A stretch of 20,000 bases of DNA. It comes from an uncultured virus (IMG/VR IMGVR_UViG_3300032307_001039). Its lineage: Duplodnaviria; Heunggongvirae; Uroviricota; Caudoviricetes. The stretch is from the IMG/VR virus record IMGVR_UViG_3300032307_001039; one strand, given 5' to 3'. The position numbers and the translations under genes were made by a program. Below are positions 14,232-20,000 of the stretch, in pieces. Under the pieces are notes generated by a model, which saw only the letters and a list, made by a program, of their open reading frames with translations, ran no database searches and had not been told where the DNA came from. Position 1 is the first letter of the stretch, and the number at the start of each line of letters is the position of its first letter.

Positions 14232-17177
14232 TTATGATTCTGACAATGTCTTTATTTTCTTTAATATTTTTTCTTTATCTAAATCATCTCTAAGAATTTT
14301 TCTATTTCCACCAATTCTAATTTTATCAATTTCTGAATTTTCTGTGACATCTTTTATACTATCAGAATGAATAACTAATTCTCCTTTAACTGTCATAAAT
14401 GGTAAAACTTCAAAATCATCATTAGATAAAAAAGCATATCCATATATTTTAAAATCTTTTGATACTTTTTTTAAATCGATAAAACTTATATTAAATCTAT
14501 TTCTTTCTCCTTCATCTCCAATAATGACATTTGGACCGATTTCGGTAACTTCATCACCAAATATTTTTATTTCTTTTTTGACTTGAATGTTTTCTAACAC
14601 ATCTATAAAACCATAATCATGCGTAGACAAATTATCAATAGAAGCATTTTTTAAATTATTTATTTTTGAACGCGTTATTTTTAATGTTTCTATTTTTTCG
14701 TTGTTTAAATCAAGATCAAATCTGTTTTCTATTTCGTTTAAATAAATACTTTCGGCTTTTAATTTTGAAATGTTTTCAACTTTACTTTTATATATAAATA
14801 TTTTATCTTGCACTGTTACTGATGAAATGTTTTTTATATTAGATTTATTAACTTCAAATTCTTTTTTACAAGTGATATTATTTACTTCTTCTATTTCAGA
14901 CTCTATAATATTTAGCTCATCAATCTCTAAATCTTTTATTGTTTTTATTTTGCTCTTTTCAAAAATAAGTTTTTTGCAGTTTATGTTTAAGTTTTTTAAA
15001 TTATTAAAATTACTAAGATCGCAATAAGCGATTTTAATATCAGAGTCACAAGTTATATCTCTAATAATTTTAATATCTTTTAAATCGTATAAAAGTAAAT
15101 AGATCTCTGCAGAAACGTTTACCAGTTCTCTTAAAGATTTACAATCTATTGTAGTTCCAACATAACGACTAACAGGGCTTTCATATTTTTGAGTTATTGA
15201 TAAGTTTTTAATAGTTTCTACAGTTTTATTTTCAAGATTGAAAGTACTTTCTATTTTTACATTTTCTAGGTTTTTAACTTCTGACAAAGTGCTTATCTCT
15301 AAAACATACTTAGCACTTAGATTTTTAATAGTATTAATTTTACAACCTGAACCAATATAAACATAATCATAGTTACCTGATAATTGATCAATTTCTACAT
15401 TTTTTAACTGTAAATTTTTTATTTCTTTTGAAAAGAATAAATCGCTAAATGAAACTTTAAAATTTTCTAATTTTAGCTCATCTTTAATTTTTATATTTTT
15501 GCCAAAAGTAAATGGACTATCAATTTCTTTTTTGGTTATTTTTAAAGATTTTAATTCCATTTTTTCAAGTTTCTCAATTTTTTCGCACTTGACGATTTCT
15601 AAATCGGAAAATTGATTATTAGCGATATTAGATAGTTTTTTATTTTTTTCTAAATACAATGATTTTGTTTTGCAATCATTAATAATTTCTAAATTATTAC
15701 AATTTTTTATGATTAATGATTTACATTTAATTTTACTTAGTTTTCTTACGTTGATGTTATCAATAGTTAAACTACCAGTAACAGTGAAGCCTTCTGGAAA
15801 TTTTCTAATATCCATATTTTCAATTTCTAAACTAGACCTGATAACTACACTTTCTGGTATTTTTTTATCTTCTGGCCAATTAGAGAAAAACTCAAATGTA
15901 TAATTTTGTATCATTTTAGTAATAAAATCATTATCTTTTGTTTCTATATCAGAGTAATCGCCATCGTTAACATATCTAAAAACATCATCTATTTCAACTT
16001 TATCTTTTGAATCTGTATATTGACCTTTTGAAATTACAAATTCTCCTTTTTCGACATTACTATTAACTTTATTAAAAATACTAACCACTTTACTTCTAAA
16101 TGTTCCATATTGACCTCTTGGATAAACCAAATCAACATACCAAAAAACATCTGTCTCTAACATACTTTTATCTATATAATCTATTTCTGCATATTTTAAT
16201 TTTTTCTTATCTTCATAATCATCATCGTCTTCATAATCATCATCGTCTTCATCTTCTTTTATTTTAATGAATGGCTTTATTAGAACTCTAGCTATTGGAT
16301 TGTTTATATTTTCTTCGTCACCAGGTCTAATAAGATAAGCAACAAAAGCACCATTACTAATTGAACTACCAACAAAATGTTTATTAACGCCATCACTTAA
16401 ATTCATACATGAACGCCATGGAGCTTCACCACTAGCAGAGAAAGTACTCATTGCTGCCACCTGCCATGGAATATAAGTGATTAATATCTTATAGTTAATA
16501 TCTTTATATTTATAAATTTTTTCTTGTAATTTTGTAAATATTTCTTCATCTTTTTGAAGATTTTCAAGTTTATTTTTTAGAACAATATTTCTTTCTGTTA
16601 GTTTAACTAAAGTTTCTTCTTTTGATTTTTTTATTTTCTCTCTTTCTTCTTCTGTTTTAGCTAAGAATTTTTTATCTGTTTTTAATTTTTCAATATCGTC
16701 TTTAATCTTTTTTTCTTTAACCGTGTTTCTATCTTTTTCATTTTGATATTTTTGATATTCTTTAAGTTCTTCTTTTATTTTATCAAAAATATTAATTAGT
16801 GATTCAAGCTGTCCATTTCGTTTTTTAGCATTACCAACAAAAAATAAATTTTCATCAAAAACATAGTTGTATCTAAAAAGCAAATTACTCAATAAAGTTT
16901 TTTCAGCTGTAGAAACTTGTCTGGAATTAGTGGTATCTTTTTCTATCATTAAACTTTGAAAATCAAAAATTAATGTTTTGCCATTATTTAATAATGGAAT
17001 GCCATATGTGTCAGCTATTTTTTTAAATAAAGGGCGAAGAATATTTTTTCTTACGCCCTTATATTTTTTAAGATCAAAATTATCCAATAGAGTTTCAATC
17101 ATTTCTGGATCATCTTTTATTTCTTTCTTAGAAATAAGTGCTTCGTCTATAATATTTATTTTAGATAAAAATGACAT
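14232..17177 (-). CDS. Large hypothetical protein: coiled coil + WxSCM-motif domain + acidic linker + C-terminal beta-solenoid/LRR-like repeats
   Basis: 981 aa. K/E-rich coiled coil, then PWQVAAMST...PWRSCMNLSDG...FVAYLI...NPIARVLIKPF, an EDDDDY tract, and ~550 aa of periodic IxxLxNxxI / LxIxNCxxL units. Confidence 0.7.
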   Translation of the reverse strand: MSFLSKINIIDEALISKKEIKDDPEMIETLLDNFDLKKYKGVRKNILRPLFKKIADTYGIPLLNNGKTLIFDFQSLMIEKDTTNSRQVSTAEKTLLSNLLFRYNYVFDENLFFVGNAKKRNGQLESLINIFDKIKEELKEYQKYQNEKDRNTVKEKKIKDDIEKLKTDKKFLAKTEEEREKIKKSKEETLVKLTERNIVLKNKLENLQKDEEIFTKLQEKIYKYKDINYKILITYIPWQVAAMSTFSASGEAPWRSCMNLSDGVNKHFVGSSISNGAFVAYLIRPGDEENINNPIARVLIKPFIKIKEDEDDDDYEDDDDYEDKKKLKYAEIDYIDKSMLETDVFWYVDLVYPRGQYGTFRSKVVSIFNKVNSNVEKGEFVISKGQYTDSKDKVEIDDVFRYVNDGDYSDIETKDNDFITKMIQNYTFEFFSNWPEDKKIPESVVIRSSLEIENMDIRKFPEGFTVTGSLTIDNINVRKLSKIKCKSLIIKNCNNLEIINDCKTKSLYLEKNKKLSNIANNQFSDLEIVKCEKIEKLEKMELKSLKITKKEIDSPFTFGKNIKIKDELKLENFKVSFSDLFFSKEIKNLQLKNVEIDQLSGNYDYVYIGSGCKINTIKNLSAKYVLEISTLSEVKNLENVKIESTFNLENKTVETIKNLSITQKYESPVSRYVGTTIDCKSLRELVNVSAEIYLLLYDLKDIKIIRDITCDSDIKIAYCDLSNFNNLKNLNINCKKLIFEKSKIKTIKDLEIDELNIIESEIEEVNNITCKKEFEVNKSNIKNISSVTVQDKIFIYKSKVENISKLKAESIYLNEIENRFDLDLNNEKIETLKITRSKINNLKNASIDNLSTHDYGFIDVLENIQVKKEIKIFGDEVTEIGPNVIIGDEGERNRFNISFIDLKKVSKDFKIYGYAFLSNDDFEVLPFMTVKGELVIHSDSIKDVTENSEIDKIRIGGNRKILRDDLDKEKILKKIKTLSES
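16210..16252. repeat. 18-bp in-frame tandem repeat (2.4 copies)
   Basis: TCTTCATAATCATCATCG at 16210-16227 and 16228-16245, plus a partial TCTTCAT; encodes (EDDDDY)2. Confidence 0.9.
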
Positions 17178-17191
17178 ATCTTAATATATAT

Positions 17192-17923
17192 TTACTTTTT
17201 CTCTTTTTTTATTAAATCAGCAAAAAGATTTGCTCCGTTTGGATTAAAATGCACACCGTCACTCGAATAAGTCATATCAGGGAATAATCTAGCAAAACCT
17301 TGACCAAAATGATTTTTCAAAGAAATAAAACGTGCATCTTTATCTTTACCAATCCACTTTAAGATTTCTAAATCAAAATCATAAGAATGCGTGGTAGCAT
17401 AAATATTATAAACTGGAGGAATTCCATAAACAATAATTCTAGCTTCTGGAAAAATTTCTCTAATTTTATCAAGACACTCTATCGAATCTTTAACTATTTC
17501 TTCAAAATTTTGATATACTAACATAGGGTTTCCACCGAGGCATCCAATGCTAACGTTTTTAACTTTTATTTTCGAAAGAGAACTTGATAAATCTTCAACC
17601 ATCATTTTCATGTGATGTGCCCAAGAACCACTAATAGAAAAAACACCATCGTGTACTTCTTCTATTTGTTTTCTTGACATATCGGTTAAACTATCACCAA
17701 AGTTTATATCAACTTCTTTCTTTTTTTTCCAAGTTTTTATAATATTTTTGTAATCTTTTAATCTCTGATCGTGAAGTGGATGTTTAGTTCTTTCCACGTT
17801 TTTATCAAATTGTGATGATAAAAGTTGTGTAATAACTGCACCTTCTTGTGATCTTTTAATATTGTTTTCAAATTCTTTTCTTTGTTTCCATGCTGTAAAC
17901 TTATCTATTAGTTTATTTAACAT
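17192..17923 (-). CDS. SGNH/GDSL-family hydrolase (esterase/acetyl-transfer fold), 243 aa
   Basis: Block I FGDSL, block II ISGS, block III LGGNP, block V SDGVHFNPNG. Start revised from 18004 to ATG 17923 because AAGGAG lies at 17929-17934 and this removes a 68-nt overlap with the upstream gene. Confidence 0.85.
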   Translation of the reverse strand: MLNKLIDKFTAWKQRKEFENNIKRSQEGAVITQLLSSQFDKNVERTKHPLHDQRLKDYKNIIKTWKKKKEVDINFGDSLTDMSRKQIEEVHDGVFSISGSWAHHMKMMVEDLSSSLSKIKVKNVSIGCLGGNPMLVYQNFEEIVKDSIECLDKIREIFPEARIIVYGIPPVYNIYATTHSYDFDLEILKWIGKDKDARFISLKNHFGQGFARLFPDMTYSSDGVHFNPNGANLFADLIKKEKK

Positions 17924-17928
17924 TTTTT

Positions 17929-17934
17929 CTCCTT
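17929..17934 (-). promoter_or_regulatory. Shine-Dalgarno AAGGAG for the SGNH gene
   Basis: Minus strand reads AAAAAAGGAGAAAAAATG. Confidence 0.8.
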
Positions 17935-17936
17935 TT

Positions 17937-19046
17937 TTATTCAAAATATGTTTGTCCATAAATATATGGATATATTGTGTAAGATTCTGGTATAATTTTA
18001 TCATTTACTTTAAAATTATTATTATTGCTATTTGTGTCGTCTTTATTAGTTGTTCTAGATAAAACATTAGATGTTACATTATTACTAGGTATAGAAGTTA
18101 TTGATTGGGAAGCATCACCAGTGGAATTTATATTTGGAGAATCAGTATAGTCTCTAGTATATCCAGTTACGCTATAGGTATCATATGGAGGATTCACTAT
18201 GGATTCTCTAGTAAAATTAGCTAGGTTTAATGTAGCATAATCTGATCTTATATCACTATAGTCATGTTGATGGTCCATATAATGACTGTGACTACTTAAA
18301 TCATGTGTATGAGGCATGGTGTGAGTATGATTATTCATATTATGTATATGTTCGTGTGTATGACCTATAATTTGAGATTTTATTTTTAAACCATTTAAAG
18401 ATAAACTAGTATCATTATTACGAACAAATTTGCCTTTTATTCCAGAAAAATAAACAGATTGACTGTCAGATTGGCCTGATATTCTAAATAAACCAAATTC
18501 AATCTCTATGTTTGTTAAAACATAAGCCGTAGTAACGTTAGTAGTGTTAATTGCATTGGCAACTATTGTTCCAGTGTTATTTACTGTATTAACCGTAATG
18601 CTGCTAATATAATAATTAGCATTTGCAGTAAAAAAAGTTATACTACCATCTGTTATGTTAGTTTTTGGAGTAAATGTTTTATTCCAATCATTGTATGTTC
18701 CGTTTTCTAAAAAATAAGCTTCTCTATCTTCTAATAAACCTTTTAATATTGACACACTGTTTGCATTTGTGAAATTTAATGTAGCGACTCCAGCCTGATT
18801 AGTGAAACTATGAACAAGAAAAGAACTTGTTTCAGTTTTTGAGCTATTTACAATTTTTATTTTTTGACTATACAAAAAAGGTACTAAAGTAGGCCAATTG
18901 GTAGAGTATAAAGTTGTATTTTTTTGCCCAATATAAAAATAAGGGAAATCTTTTGAAGGAGTCATATAAGAATCAAAAAAATCAATTTGCCCAATTTCAT
19001 TATTGTCAACATTTATTAAACTTAAATAATTTATTTTTATTGGCAT
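17937..19046 (-). CDS. Tail fibre/spike protein with six His-x-His metal-binding motifs (paralog A)
   Basis: GHTHEHIHNMNNHTHTMPHTHDLSSHSHYMDHQH at 18264-18362, an S/T/N-rich return strand and C-terminal PESYTIYPYIY, as in T4 gp12/gp37-type needle tips. RBS TAAGGA at 19053-19058. Confidence 0.75.
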   Translation of the reverse strand: MPIKINYLSLINVDNNEIGQIDFFDSYMTPSKDFPYFYIGQKNTTLYSTNWPTLVPFLYSQKIKIVNSSKTETSSFLVHSFTNQAGVATLNFTNANSVSILKGLLEDREAYFLENGTYNDWNKTFTPKTNITDGSITFFTANANYYISSITVNTVNNTGTIVANAINTTNVTTAYVLTNIEIEFGLFRISGQSDSQSVYFSGIKGKFVRNNDTSLSLNGLKIKSQIIGHTHEHIHNMNNHTHTMPHTHDLSSHSHYMDHQHDYSDIRSDYATLNLANFTRESIVNPPYDTYSVTGYTRDYTDSPNINSTGDASQSITSIPSNNVTSNVLSRTTNKDDTNSNNNNFKVNDKIIPESYTIYPYIYGQTYFE

Positions 19047-19055
19047 ACAGTTTCC

Positions 19056-20000
19056 TTAAATATTTGGTGAATATTTTCTAGCATATATATAAGCATAAAC
19101 AGTATAAGTCTCAGAAAATGTTTTATCGCCTATTTTTAAATTATTTGTATTACTACTTATATCATCTTTATCTGTTGTTTTAGATAAAATATTTGATGTG
19201 TTTGTGTTACTTGCATCAGAAGTAGTTGATACACTCGCTGCTCCAGAATTATTATTACTAGGTGGATCAGTAAATTGTCTATTTTTTATATATTCTGTTA
19301 TTTGAGATATTGCATAGTTATTTGTAGATAACAATGGATTTGAGATCGGGTTTCTTGCCCATGGACTAATATCTTTATTATCACCATTTCTTATATCATT
19401 GAATCCATGCCTATGATTCATATAATGAGTATGATTACTAAGATCATGAGTATGTGCCATAGTATGTGTATGATTATTTAAAGTATGAGTATGATCATGA
19501 GCATGTCCCATGATTTGGGATCTAGTTCTTAATCCTGGTATTAAGTCTAAAGAATCTGAAAAAGCAAAAGTTTTTCCTTTTAAGCCATGATAAAAAACTC
19601 TTTCTAAAGCAGTACTTCCAGGTATCCTGTGTAATCCAAATTCTATATTTTTATTTGTAATAAGCGTTTCATTTAAATTAGGTACATTGTTTATAATAGT
19701 TAAATTAGCATTTGTGGTGCTAATAATTGTTATATCATTTATATAATAATTTGTATCTTTAAAAAGATAGTTATTGTTATTAATTGTAAAATCACTAGTT
19801 GAAGTTATAGTTCTATTCCAATTTGTGTAAGTATTATTTTCTAAAAAATGTAGTTTTCTATCTTCATCTAAAGCTGTTAATGCTTTAACACTTTCAACAT
19901 CTACAAATTTTAAAGTTATTATGTTTCCACTTGCTGTTAAACTATAAACATTAAATAAATTTTTATACTGATAAATATTATTTATTGTAGTAAAAAAACC
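19056..20000 (-). CDS. Tail fibre/spike protein with six His-x-His motifs (paralog B), 5'-partial
   Basis: The frame of the 19056-19511 ORF is open to the window end (315 codons: ...ALDEDRKLHFLENNTYTNWNRT...IEFGLHRIPGS...GLRTRSQIMGHAHD...) and aligns colinearly with paralog A. Confidence 0.8.
   Translation of the reverse strand, partial: GFFTTINNIYQYKNLFNVYSLTASGNIITLKFVDVESVKALTALDEDRKLHFLENNTYTNWNRTITSTSDFTINNNNYLFKDTNYYINDITIISTTNANLTIINNVPNLNETLITNKNIEFGLHRIPGSTALERVFYHGLKGKTFAFSDSLDLIPGLRTRSQIMGHAHDHTHTLNNHTHTMAHTHDLSNHTHYMNHRHGFNDIRNGDNKDISPWARNPISNPLLSTNNYAISQITEYIKNRQFTDPPSNNNSGAASVSTTSDASNTNTSNILSKTTDKDDISSNTNNLKIGDKTFSETYTVYAYIYARKYSPNI

Noticed and set aside
17924..18004. 27-aa N-terminal extension of the SGNH ORF given in the track
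   Set aside because: It overlaps the upstream fibre gene; the ATG at 17923 has a strong AAGGAG RBS.
3272..18062. Short plus-strand ORFs in the track (3272-3496, 4600-4797, 6038-6232, 8009-8284, 8247-8471, 9683-9898, 10022-10210, 10733-11008, 11864-12232, 12544-12744, 14770-15027, 15670-15903, 16978-17184, 17862-18062)
   Set aside because: All are antisense shadows overlapping long, motif-bearing minus-strand genes. The Pro-rich ones are simply the reverse complement of Gly codons.
19056..19511. 151-aa His-rich protein as a complete small metal-binding gene
   Set aside because: The frame is open to 20000 and aligns with the 369-aa paralog, so the Met at 19511 is internal.
1..20000. Stop-codon reassignment (seen in some large AT-rich phages)
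   Set aside because: Genes are long and tile the window under code 11. TAA, TAG (3082, 5038) and TGA (463, 1512, 2147) all act as stops at sensible gene junctions.
1..20000. Eukaryotic giant virus (NCLDV) origin suggested by RCC1 repeats, GTs and low GC
   Set aside because: Shine-Dalgarno sites, GTG/TTG starts, ATGA overlaps, Tfa chaperones and HxH tail fibres fit a bacteriophage better.

Overview
A very AT-rich 20 kb window in which every credible gene is on the minus strand, tightly packed and often translationally coupled (ATGA/TAGTG overlaps, AGGA(G)-type RBSs). It looks like the tail-fibre/adhesin region of a large tailed bacteriophage, possibly a jumbo phage or prophage; genome size cannot be judged from this window. 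In transcription order (20000->1) it contains: two paralogous fibre proteins with His-x-His metal-needle tips, an SGNH/GDSL esterase, a 981-aa protein with a WxSCM motif and a beta-solenoid C-terminus, a Tfa-like fibre chaperone, a 174-bp intergenic region, a 1031-aa long tail fibre, and a 1488-aa Gly-rich protein carrying two blocks of nine Cys-rich RCC1-like repeats. These are followed by an enzyme cluster: GT9-like glycosyltransferase, a second Tfa-like protein, GT1 (UDPGT-signature) glycosyltransferase, GT2-like glycosyltransferase, NeuD/PglD-like LbH acyltransferase, a stand-alone truncated adenylation (ANL) enzyme, an acyl/peptidyl carrier protein and a partial unknown ORF. The most interesting signal is this apparently phage-encoded glycosylation plus carrier-protein acylation pathway embedded in the tail-fibre gene run, next to an unusually Cys-rich putative adhesin. 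All family calls come from motif recognition by eye; no database search was run.
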